Source of the DNA: Lytechinus pictus
Lineage: Eukaryota
Assembly: GCF_037042905.1 (NCBI RefSeq)
Contig: NC_087261.1
Location: 3,348,001-3,412,000 of the forward strand
Direction: 5' to 3'
Length of the DNA: 64,000 nt
Under the pieces are notes generated by a model. That model saw only the letters and a list, made by a program, of their open reading frames with translations, had not been told where the DNA came from and searched no databases. The position numbers and the translations under genes are program-made. The stretch's first letter is position 1, and every line of letters begins with the position of its first letter. Of the stretch, positions 52,097-64,000 are shown in pieces.

Positions 52097-53929
52097 AATG
52101 CCCGTTGTGTCGATCTCATGAAGATGTGGACACACTGGGCTAGACAAGCTTGTGATGATAGAGGGAGCTTCCTCACATTTCTGAAAATTATTTTATTGTG
52201 GTTTGGACCACTTTTGACACAGAGCCCTACGGATAAATCAGAATGAAAGGGATGAAATATATATGCATTGCTTTTCTACAAATTGGTCAAAGGGTACTCA
52301 TCTTTTGCATTTACACAGGAAATTCATGTTGTAGAGTATAATAAAAACTAAAATACAGTCAAGTTGTGAGTTTAGCTCATTACTATTTTTTTGTTGATTT
52401 TGGTCATATTTCATGCTTTTGAACAACCCCTTTAATTGGTATATTGGGCAATGATAGAAGAAAAGGGTTGGGGTTGTGAAATGGGAAGGCCAGAAGCCAA
52501 TAGTCAGTGAATTTGAAATTAAGGAGTCTGGCTCGGTGCCAGAAAGTGAATTTACTGCTGCCCGCATTATAACGATGATGTATTTTAGTCATCCAAGAGA
52601 TACATTTCCATTCAAAAATCAGGGTTAATCATCCATGTAGGGAGAGAGGGGAGAGATGGGAATGGCTGGGGGGGGGGGGTGAGAGAGGGGGAGGGATAGA
52701 TGGTAATGGATAGAGGGGGGAGAGTGAGGCAGAAATAGTGAATGGAAGAAATATTGGAGAGAGACAAGTAGAGAGAAAGTATGGTGTGTGCGGGGGGGGG
52801 GGGGAGGGAATAAGGATGGAGGGGGAGGGGGAGATAAATGTATAGAGAAGTAATAAGCAGATATCTTGAAAGAGGGATTGTTATAGAGAGAATCTTTAAA
52901 GAGGGAGTGTTATAGAGAGAGTGATTGTGTTTGAGAGAGAGGGAAAGAGTGTAGGAATATCATGTCGCATGAAATAGATCAAAGAGTTAACCTTTGAAAT
53001 TAGTTGGAGATCAAAAATTAGTTGAGATAGGTGTGAACATGAGAGCACAGAAAATGATAGAAGAAAGAAAATATAGAACTTGTAAAAGAATAGTAGTGGT
53101 GGATAAAAGGGAAGAGAGAGAGATCAGGAAAAGAAGAGAGAAACAGAGGGGGAGGGGGTGAGGAAAAAGTGAGAGAGAAAGTGAAAGCATTAAATCCTTT
53201 CATAGATGTGTTCATTGAAGCGTGAATAATGCCTGCATCCACGCAACCAGACACATGCAGTCACAAAAAACACACGTTTTCTCATAAACACAACCTCAAC
53301 TGTCTGGTATAATGAGAAAAACCTTGTGAGCTGGCATGAAACATTTTAATGGAATACATTTATTATTAAAGATGGCTTCACCAATTACCTTTTTCATCTA
53401 CCGGTATATATAGTGTAGAGTTTTTGGCTCCAATAACTTAGTATTGGAAATGCATTACTATGATTATGATGCTTAAGTTCATAATGCCATTTGTGAGTTT
53501 GGGGGGGGGGCTGCCTCTGGAGACATGACCTAGTTTATAAAACATATAGTTTCAACTCTTGCCAAATTGTTGTTTATTCTTTAAATTTTAAGAATAATGA
53601 AATAATGGTATTCATATTCAGTGTAAGGTGAATTGCACCAATCTTTTATAAATTAAATAAATGAAAAGTGTAAATACAGCCATACTTGATGAGAAATAAA
53701 TAACAAAATATATACAAAGCACACAGACATATATATGAATCCAAAAATACCCTTTTGGGGCAATATTAATGAAATTCATCTGCAAATGGATTTATGGATC
53801 TTTTTAATTCTTTGAAAATTCATTGAAATCGTGGAACAAAAAAAACACATCATTAGCAACTCCAAGGATACACCCTTATATAATTGCTATATATGTGAAA
53901 TTCTAGCTTTCTGAAATTAATTATCTTCT

Positions 53930-54110
53930 CCGACATCATTAGCAATCTTTCCAACTCCTCATCGCAATGAGAGAAACGCCTCCTGCCTGATTTGCATAAC
54001 AATACACTGCCACTCAGCCGTGATTGACGGGCATAATTTATGCCGTCGCCGCCGTGCAGCTGTTCTCCTCAGTGGCGTAGCTGGCATAAATTAGGCACCG
54101 TTTATTTGTG
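53930..54110. promoter_or_regulatory. Candidate enhancer with a Sox-Oct composite site and POU/PBC-type sites
   Basis: ATTTGCATAACAATA 53990-54004; TGATTGACGG 54021-54030; inverted GCATAATTTATGCC / GGCATAAATTAGGC. Confidence 0.55.
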
Positions 54111-56007
54111 AGATGATATTGATGTATGACTTTGTTTTGTCTCTCATCTTTTTGAGTAGCAAAGTTGATTTCAGGCAGAGATTAAATGTGAAAAGCTAGA
54201 ATGTTTTGTTTGGCAGGTGAATGGGATGTGGACTGTATTAGTTGTTGAATGTAAGAATAGCAATGCCAGATGATATATGTTATAGTGTGGGATTACTGTC
54301 CCCAGAGGTGAAGAAGGTTATTTATTTATGGGTACTTTTAATAGGTTTATTCATTCATTACACAGTGACAGGTATTGATTAATCCAACTGCTTCAGAAAC
54401 ATGAGTTGATCCATTTGACCATTTTTGTATAAATTCCATTTTAATCCAATTCAATTCATTTTATTGTCATATACTGTATGTATAAATTGTTATCAGACTC
54501 TTGATTGCATTGATAAATGTACAGAATAGTGCATGGGGAAAAAATATATTGCAGTTGGAGCACAAATCACAAGTACATAGATTAGAAATAGAAATAATAA
54601 ATGAAAAATCCTCTTACATGTCTCAGATGACAATTATGTAATAAATACAACTTAAATACATTTTTCATTTAGAAATGTAAAATATTTTAATATTGTAATA
54701 AAATGAAAATGAAGAATTGGGTTCAATGAGAGAAAAGAGTAACTTGTGGAGTGTAAATGAGTCAGATAAGTAGGGAAACATTGTATAATGAATTCAGAAA
54801 TTTGGAATGGGTGATCTCATTATGATGTCACCATGATGTCATGATATAGAGGAGCCTGGATGCATGAGAGTCAAGTAAAATTGTTGTATTCGTATTGAAA
54901 TTGTCAAAACTTTTCTTTCTTAATTCCTCAAATTGGAAAGCTATTATGAGAAAGTGAAATAGAACACCAGACTTTGTACTATTGCAATAACTTAGTCATC
55001 TAAAAAAAAGAGTAGGGGCAATATAAGCAACAACAAAAAAGAAGAAGTTTAGAATGATTCAGAGTTCCCTCTCCACCCGTAGAAAGCCTTCATGAATTTA
55101 TAACTTAGAATTAAGAGGTCATTATCCACTTTGAGCTGTATTCTATTTATAGAAATGACATCACACCCCACTGGTCCTGTGTCAAGGTGACTTCATCATT
55201 TATCATCAATATTTCTTTTTCAGACCCTGACAAGATGAAGTAATACTTACCCACCACTTTTTGAAATGGTCTAATGGTCCCTTGGCCCTGTTGCATATTA
55301 AACTTACTAGCACAATTTACATTCTAAATTCTGAGGATTTATAACAAATCTAGATTGGCTGTATAATAGTGACATAGTTAAATATTAGATTAAGATTCAA
55401 ATTGTGTGGATTTAGATATGAAGCTAAAATATCTTTTGAGATTTTGATTCAAAGTTAATACCCAAGATTAAAAATAAGTCCAATATTCGGCGGGTTACCA
55501 ATTGCGGCTATTGGATTTTTATAATTCTTGAAATTTAGAGTTTACCATTCATGGTAAAAGTTTAACAGTAACTTCAAGTTTGACTAATTGGTAATTTAGA
55601 GTACCAATTTCATGCAAAGGAAATGCATCGCTCGATTTGTAAAACAGAGTCTGATAAGATAAGACTAGTAACATGAGTAAGGAGACAGAATAAACAATAA
55701 CATTGGCATCTTAAGGATTGGTGACATCACAGAGGTATCATCCAGTCATGACATCTCACAACCTTACTGTCTAGCCAATCACAGCACAGAGAAACAGTTA
55801 TTGGACGAGCGTTCAATCACTTTGTGGTACTTCACAATTTTTTTTTTTTTTTTTGGGGGGGGGGTGGTAGACGTTTTTGTTCTCAATTTTTTCTTATAAT
55901 TTGAGTAATGATTAGTCATCATTTTCTTTACTTTTTCTGTTTCAAGAAGTATGTGAAGTAATGCTTAGAACTCATTAGCCCTAATTTGGCTTTCATTGTT
56001 TATTTAA

Positions 56008-56402
56008 AGGTAAATGCTAGTTTTGGTAACGATATCAAAATGAGTTCGTACAAAATCCAATGAAACGACCACCAAAGTGGATGTTTGTATAAATAAAACG
56101 CATGTGCCAAAGGATTCTGGAAGAAATTGTGTAATTGCTGAGAAATCAGCAAATAAGCACAGGATTCGGGTAGAGCGTCGGGCCCGACGCTCAAAGCAAT
56201 AACTATACACTGTCCCACGTGCGCTTATCTGTGTTGGGGAAGTTCAGTCTGAACATTTTTCAGCGTAGATTTCAAGATTTCACAAAGTTCAGTTTATGTA
56301 ACTGTACCAGATCTAGATCCTCGATGATATACTGACAATTAAGCCTGGTTTTACAGACTTTCTCATGAAATCAGTGTTTACTGCAACTACTGGAATTTCT
56401 CT
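56008..56402. mobile_element. TTAA-flanked (Kolobok-type) MITE
   Basis: TTAA|AGGTAAATGCTAGT ... ACTGGAATTTCTCT|TTAA. Confidence 0.75.
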
Positions 56403-59400
56403 TTAATGTCGAATGGATTTTTAAAAATCATAAAAGATTCTTTTGAATGACATTAATTGAATAACTGTTGGTACTTTCAGTATGAATTAATCGAATAATT
56501 TTCAGAATTCTAAATATGTCATAGTAGGAAAAAACCCTCTCACAGTGAGAAAAAGAAAATTACTGATGACAAGTCTTGGGATATATTCTTATAATGATCT
56601 GTTGCAATAGTCAAAATGCAAATGACAGATATTATTTATTATCATGATAAACAGTTTGTGAATTTATATTGTTAACAAAACATATGAATGGATTTACAAT
56701 TGTTCCTCTTGGATAAAAATCAAGTTTGTTTTATATGTAATCACACACTAAAATGCATTTTCTTTCTTCTTTTTTGTTCTTTTCAAGGAACTCTGATCAT
56801 CACAAATCTCCTTAATGACCTACTACAGCTAGGGTCCTGAGTCGTTTTGGTCCAAAGTGTTTCAGTTGAGGTAACTATCAAACCAGCATTCAATGATGTG
56901 ACAACCAAGATGCAAGCATGTGAACATAAAACAAAAATAAATATATAAATTTATATGTGCCAAATGGTTCTGGAGATGCAATTCATCTTGATTTTTAAGA
57001 TTTCCAAACGAATATATGTAATACTTGCCGCCAACTTCTTGAGTTAAGTTTCTAAAACTTAAAATCAAACAAATTTTTATCCTAACGAAATTGTATGTAT
57101 GATAATTTAGATATTGTCCCGGGCTACTTGGGGGACCAACAAACTTGCCAAAATTTATATACACCATTAAAAGCTGAATTCTAATGTATGATAATTGTTC
57201 AGTTTTTGTTTTCTTTTCACTTCTGGGATGAATTTAACCCCAAACCTGGGTGCATGTTCTGTTCATACATCATTGTTACGATTCCTTAAAAATCTCCCTT
57301 TTCAAAATCTTTTTTTCCAATTTACTCTATGAAGACCTAAATATTATCTAAATCTCAAAACCATCTATTTCTCCCAGCCAGGGATTAAATCTTGAACCTA
57401 AAACGTTCATGCTATCAACAAAAAAAAAGATGACACCATTTATGACTCATGGAACATTTATTTTGACAATAGATGGTCATATATCCCTATTAACCATCTG
57501 CAGAGGCCAAAAGATTGCACCACATAGCAACGCTGACAAATCCTTCCTCATCGTTTCTAATTAATTCTTGCGGTCGTCGGGGGGTTCATCTTGAAATATT
57601 CTCACAAGTTTCATCACCGATCAATTCCAATCAGACGGTTATTCATCCGGGCTGTGGAGTACCCGTCCATTATAGCCCAGAAAATAGACACTTTATCATA
57701 TCATCACCTTCAGTGATGTCATCATAAACTTCTGGTTTATACATGTAGTCTTTCTGTTCAGACCTTCCCATTGGTTTTCAAGTGAATTAGCACATCTTCG
57801 AAGCCAGACAGACATTGAGTCACATTCAGAAAGAGAGTTTTCCACTGAGACAATAAAATGTCTAATATATTTTTTCTAGGAAAGACTGATGTCAGATATC
57901 GTCAAAGTCTCATGTTTCAAAGATTGCAAAGTAATCATATTTTCAAAAAGATACATAAAGTAGAAACATTGAAATAAAAATATGTAATTTACAAGGTATT
58001 GATGAGATTAACAGCAATACTTAGAAAGAATACCAGGAAAGATTGAAGATAAAATGGCTCTCAAAATGATTTAGGTAGCACAAAGGTTTACAATTTCATT
58101 TATGCTTTAATAGTGCACTAAATGAATATGGTAGATTTGTATCGTCTTTTAATACAAGGTTAACATTTTTATTAATTAGTCTTCTTCAATTCCCAGAGGT
58201 TATTGTTTATTTTGAACAAATCATCCCTGGAACATGTTTTGCCTGTAGCGAGGAACTTGAGATATCGTGTATCACAGCTTGTCTTACTCACCTTCATTAC
58301 TCATCTGCTTTATAGTTAGCGCGCCATCTCTTCTGATTCACTCTGACATCATACAGGGGAGATCCCCTCAAACACCATGTCCTATAAATAGACAATGATG
58401 TCACTGTGATGATGATGAGATGAGCAGAAAGGACAGTGACCATCCATGTAAATAACGCCTCCCAGGGCAGCCAGGATGATCCACTTGCGATGACAAATCG
58501 GTCAGATGTTATTAAACGGTGTGTCTGGTTCGTCTCGTTGTGGGACGTATGACATCATCCCGCTGCCCCGGCGATGACCGTCGTCGTCGAGTGGAGCGAT
58601 GCGGGACCTGTGAACGGAATACTTGTTACATCCTCATCCAGTTGTTACATTAAAATGGAAGAAGAGGGGTAGAGATGAGTAATGAACTGATGAGGAATGC
58701 TTCATGAAGTGGCTTATCATCATCTCAAGAATCCTAGTGACAATTGATGAAGCCCTCTTGGAGAAACAAGCCATTGTGTTGGGGTGCGTATTTTAACATG
58801 ATTGCGCAATCATAGGTATTTTTAGTCATATTTGTATTTGGAAATAACATCACTTTTTTTAGAAGAGTTATAGTGATAGAAGAATGGATGTCTTGCATAT
58901 GAATTGGAAGGATGGCTATGAATATGAGGAAAGATAAGTAGAGGGATGAGTTGAGTAAGAATGATATTGATAGAAGGAATGAACATTGATAACTACTGAT
59001 TAATAAAGAGTAGTCTAATATCAATTTTATAGAGAAAATGAAAGAAAAAAATAACTATCATGTGAAGAGAAATAAGGGAAAGGTAAAGAGTAGGGGACAT
59101 TGCATGTAAAAAAAGAGGATGAAATGAGGAATGAGAAAAGCCAGAGAAGTAGATGAATATAGGCAAAGACAGGGGCAAAGTGTGAAAAGATAAAATGTTT
59201 GAAAAAAGAAATCAGCAAAGAGGAATTATTCAATTAAGGCAAAGGGGGCGAGTTTTAAAAGATAAAATCTATGAAAAAAAATTAGGGGAATGGAAGGGGC
59301 AATGAGCATAGGAAAGTCAAGAACATAATACATTTCCTAGTAAATATACATCTAGTTGTTTAGAATTGCAGGGTTTGTATTACGGATGGGGAATTATTGT

Positions 59401-60467
59401 TCATAATTCGAGTTTTAGCCTGGTGGTTCCTAATCACCTTGACTCATGATGATTAATACTTGATCTGTGAATACGCTACCATCTATTAAAAATGATGTAA
59501 TGTTAATAAAGCTGACGTTATACAAACATTGCAGTGACATCCTATGACAAAAAACCAAGCATCAAATGGAAGAGAGAGACAAACAGACAGAGAGGGGGGG
59601 AAGAGAAAGGTGAGGGGGAAGAGAGAAACTAAAAGATGGGCAGAGATATAGAGCATACATGTAAAGATCTTGAGCAATAAAGATAATAATAATAACTCAT
59701 GAAATACTTAGATAAACACCAAAAATTTGTTCCAAACATGAAAAATTCTCCAGAAAAGAGAGAGAGGGGAGGGGGGGAAATTGATTTAGTAACACCACTT
59801 TCAGTCAAATCACTTCTGACATGAAATGAAAGAAAAACAATTTTGAAAGTATATGAGGCGAGATTGAGGAAGAAAGAAATAAAGAGAGTGGAGGTGGTGG
59901 TAGAAAGATCGAGAAGAGAGAGAGAGAGGAAGAGAGCGAGAGGTAATCCATGTTGCACATGCTCCGACATCTGCCGCAGCACAGGCGGGTGAGTTGATAG
60001 TTAGCATGATTCACCGAGACCTGACATCATCCGCAATCGATGACAAGTCGCTTGGAACACTGATGAGAAAACAGTTTGCCAACGATCGCATCCCCCATCA
60101 GAGCTTAATTGTCAAGAGTAAGCGGCTTGTCTTTGCCCGCGATTATTGATTTGCTCAGGATTGAGTAGGGTAATCAGTGACTTCGTGTATACAGTCGTTT
60201 TCGACTCTTCCATCGCTTTGAATCCTCATTATTTCTCTCCTTTTCACAATATCTACAGATAATTTCAGTTCCAAATTCATATCCATGTCACACATCTTGT
60301 GGTATTCTTTGAACGATTTTGTCTGTCTCCATTTTCTTTAAATTAAATTCAGCTACCGGTGTCAAGTTGAACTGCAAGTAAAATCAATGACTGCTCACAG
60401 GTGAATGAATAGAATTCTAAATCCTACTTTCATATTTTTAATATTATTTCATTATTACCAAAATGTA

Positions 60468-61531
60468 GTGGTATTCTGACTAATATCTCCCATTTTTGTG
60501 TCTCGCAAAAGTTTGTGTATATAGTTCAAGATAAATTTGGATACCTATTCGGATGAATTGTATTCACATCACATTTTTTTATTTACTAAGTATAATCCAT
60601 GACCTCATATTAGTTAATAATTTTACTCTTCTGTAATTAAAAAAATATATTTTCAAATAAGCTCTACCAAGTCTTGAATATAAGAGGCAATAGTATATTA
60701 AATTCCTATTTCCATGGAAACATAATAGTTGTATTTGGGCGATTTTATCAATGTGTTTTTTAAGCCCTCATAATTATCTTTGAATGATAAGTTCTTGATT
60801 CTAATAGGAAAACATGAGTACCTGCATGATGAAATTTATTTTATTTAGTGTTCTGTTTAACTTTGCTTAATGTAATCATGGATAAGGTTTTACATTCCTT
60901 TATAAATGTCTATGTTTTTTTCTGGGGCCTGTACTATAATTCAGGCAATATGAATAAAAATATTGCATCCACTGTGTATGAATGATCAGTGATTTATTTT
61001 TTTAATGTAGTATGCAGGAAATTATTATAAAGGAAATTGTTATACGTGAAAGTAATAAGAAAATGAAGCTTTTTACCAGAAATATATATTATGTTTTCAA
61101 ATGTAACACAATGAAATTATATAACAGGTTGAACTCGTGTGTGCATTAATTGAAATCTTTGTTTTTGGTTTTGAATTTCATGCCACTTTAATATCAACGA
61201 ACATCCAGATAAAATCACCGGAATGCAAACTAATCATTTTTTCATGGAAATAGGAATTTTAATATCATTAAGCCTCTTCACTTTGTAGAACTTCTTAATT
61301 ACCCTTTGGAAAATTACTGGATTACACCAGAGATTAATCATCATACGGTTCCTGTATATGAGGTTTTCGGATTATATTTCCTTCATGAGCTAATTTGAGA
61401 ATTTTCACAAAATTGTGTGAATACAAAGTCAAAATGGACATTATCAGACTTGTCCCTATAAGCCATATGAAAATTGAACATTACCCTAGTGACTACCAAA
61501 AAATAGGGGAATAATGGTTAGAATCTGTCAC
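60468..61531. mobile_element. Old degenerate foldback element
   Basis: Inverted blocks AAATTCCTATTTCCATG (near 60700) / CATGGAAATAGGAATTT (near 61243) and TGTATTCACA (near 60559) / TGTGAATACA (near 61416); ends approximate. Confidence 0.6.
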
Positions 61532-61619
61532 TTATGTGGCCAATTTTTTTTCAAGCTTTTCGTTTTCTCTGAACCCACCACATGAACAATTTCTTTTCCA
61601 AATCAGTGGTTTTGTAATA

Positions 61620-62106
61620 TGCTTTTCACACTGCATTTCCTTAACCCCATACTATCCTTAACCCCGGACTATCCTTAACCCCATACTATCTTTTTTTCGA
61701 TTCACACTGTCTTTCTCAACCCCGTACTATTGCTTAGCCGGGGTTAACGCCTTAACCCCGGGCAATCACACAGCTCATAAATATTGATGATTTTACCATA
61801 CAGAGCGCAACAAACCTGCAATTTCGACTTCTGTGATTGGCTAATGCTTAGCCCCGCTTTTGCTTAGCCTTGTTTCGTTTCACACTGCATCTTTTAGCAC
61901 CACAATTGTGGTGCTAGCACCACAATAACCGGCTAACCCTGCTTTTTTGCAGGGCCAGATAGTACCGTACTATTTACCGTGCTAGCCCACTTTGCTAAAA
62001 CGTAGTGTGAAAACGAAGTGGGCTAAGCTTAACCCCGGGAAATTGGTGGGGCTAAGACCCCCCTTAGCCCCACCAATTTAAGACAAAAAGTGCAGTGTGA
62101 AAAGCA
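61620..62106 (-). mobile_element. MITE family C, copy 2
   Basis: Same TIR as 43377-43837; body in the opposite orientation. Confidence 0.9.
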
Positions 62107-62414
62107 TACTAGTATACTTTCATAGTTAGAATTTGTTCACTGGGCGTAAATGCGAGAGAAAATCCATTTTAATGAACAAGGTCGCCTGTCAAATCGTGTA
62201 GACTGACTGCTTTATACTCGAGGACACGGGAGAATACACACAACGCTGTAATTTAATCAATCACATCATTTATAGATTGTATTGATGTGGTAATTAATTA
62301 ATAAAAATTATCAGGCACTGATAGTATAGCTACACTAATAGACTACCTTTTTATCTAGTAGTCTTTGAGAAACAGACCCAAATTGGATTTTTTATTCCAT
62401 GACATAGACACCAT

Positions 62415-62795
62415 CATAAAACTAGTTTACTGGAAACTAGTTTAGTGGAAACTAGTTTAACGTGTAATGAGAACAGTCGAAATGATCTTGGAAGTGATCT
62501 TCCAAACCAGTTCAGAAAACCACCTTGTGATGTAGTTTTGAAGATCGCTTTGCCTCGTTAAACTGGTTTTAGCGTGAGGACACAACCGTTCTTCATAAAG
62601 CAATCTTCGCACATTTTGAGCATGCTACCCACTGTGTGTAGAATGCCTATGATGCGGTTTCGAATTTAGCACGAAACATGTCACCCCACTGAGAGCGTTC
62701 CCATAGCAACAAGATCGCTTTACGTGAAGTGATTTTGAAAACCACTTTTGGGTGATCAAATGGGAACGCTAGCAAAGAGATCTACCAAACTGGTC
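62415..62795. mobile_element. Truncated MITE body
   Basis: Repeated AAACTAGTTT and AAGATCGCTT/AAGTGATCTT motifs; termini not recognisable. Confidence 0.5.
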
Positions 62796-63691
62796 CCTGG
62801 GGCCACTGATGTTACTGTTACGGATGCTAGCAGTTATTTGTTTAATATATTTTCAAGCTAACGCATCATTGGCATCAAGTACATGTGATGAAATAGCTAC
62901 CCACCCATGTTACCACATGTTACAGGTTTGTGACATTGCAGGCCAAAACATGGTTGGGACAACAAATTGTGATGTTTTCTGAGAATGATCCTGATATAGA
63001 ATGGACTGAGTATATTATCACCACCAACACCACGACAGAGATATCTTTAATTAACACCACACTATCCTGGTCTCTACCCCTCTCCTTACATAGTACTACC
63101 CAGGGGCAAACTATCGTCCAATTACATCTAATTAATCGAGGGAGTCAAATCCGCTACCCACACCTATTCGTCAACCTCGGCTCTCATTTGCACGCTGATA
63201 AATTGTTCCGCAACGTTGTGTCAAACACGCAATTATTGAGTTTACACTCCAGTGGACTAATATACCACCATCTATCATATTGCACCTGTCTCTTCTTCAG
63301 GAGCTGAAAATGAATATCAGCTTTTTTAAATGTTTGCTTATTGGTATGCGAGCAGGATGCTGGAGCATCAGATTTTTTTTGCAATCAGTATTTTTTTCGT
63401 TATTGGAATTGCGATATGAAGTGGGAAAATGATTATTTGCGCATTGAGACGTGGCTAATTGGAACTGGATTAATTGAAACCCTGCAAAGTAGATTACTTC
63501 ATTTGAGAGCAGAAACCATATCAATTTGTACTGAAAGTTCACTGTTTATATCTATCTTTTGCTCATTAGGCAGTAAGATCTCATCAGGGTAACCTTCCTC
63601 TTTTGTGATCTAAACTTGCCATGTTTTTTAAATATTAAGGTATATACTTACTTGAAAGGCTTCCCAGTAAGGGTTACCAACCTTTTAATAT

Positions 63692-63826
63692 CTGGGCTCC
63701 GTAACACAAATGCTAGCGATTGATCGTACGCTTGATTTTCATGATTGATTGTACATTTTAGTCAATGCAATCAATCGTAGAAAATTGTTCTACGATCATT
63801 GCGAAGCTTTGTGTTACAGGCCCCAG
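63692..63826. mobile_element. Short hairpin MITE
   Basis: TIR CTGGGCTCCGTAACACAAA / TTTGTGTTACAGGCCCCAG. Confidence 0.8.
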
Positions 63827-63833
63827 ATCTTCA

Positions 63834-64000
63834 TTTTTTGTCTCGCCCACCAGAGGTGGAGGCGAGACTTTGGGATCCAAATGTCGTCCGTCCGTCAAAT
63901 CCGTCAATTTCAAATCAAACTTGGGTTGTAGCTGTACTTAGGAGACCTTCATTGTGTTCGCAGGTCACATGGTAGGGTCAAAGGTCATTTTGAGGTCAAC
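63834..64000 (+). mobile_element. HINE/DINE-1-like (Helentron-associated) element, runs off the window
   Basis: T-run start, hairpin GTCTCGCC...GGCGAGAC, (CCGT)n microsatellite, AGGTCA repeats. Confidence 0.6.

Noticed and set aside
3311-55865. Many poly-G/poly-C runs as functional G-quadruplex elements
   Set aside because: Scattered throughout and often inside MITEs; no positional pattern visible
58685-58715. Hammerhead ribozyme at CTGATGAG
   Set aside because: No GAAA after a stem II and no stem I or III pairing
3141-60014. Numerous Phe/Leu/Ser/Pro-, Thr- or His-rich ORFs in the track
   Set aside because: Translations of CT, GA, CAT and CAC microsatellites or N gaps

Overview
Eukaryotic, AT-rich invertebrate genomic DNA. 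The repeat families and the OST4 sequence suggest a sea urchin (echinoid), but the species cannot be fixed from the sequence alone. Two protein-coding genes are supportable. (1) An apparently intronless, TATA-driven + strand gene (CDS 767-1966) encoding a 399-aa low-complexity Gly/Arg-, acidic- and His-rich protein I cannot assign to a family. It has a motif-dense promoter and a second, protein-like C-terminus in the +1 frame. (2) OST4, a 38-aa oligosaccharyltransferase subunit on the - strand (3 exons, about 4.3-13.0 kb), whose introns hold an L2 fragment, a foldback element and a three-level transposon nest. From 13.2 kb to the window end I find no recognisable coding exon. That stretch contains candidate non-coding first exons on the + strand, CTCF-like sites, many MITEs, SINEs and microsatellites, three assembly gaps, and short unique GC-richer islands that look like cis-regulatory modules. 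These include a canonical Sox-Oct composite site and a cluster of nine TGACATCA sites. All calls were made by eye without database searches.
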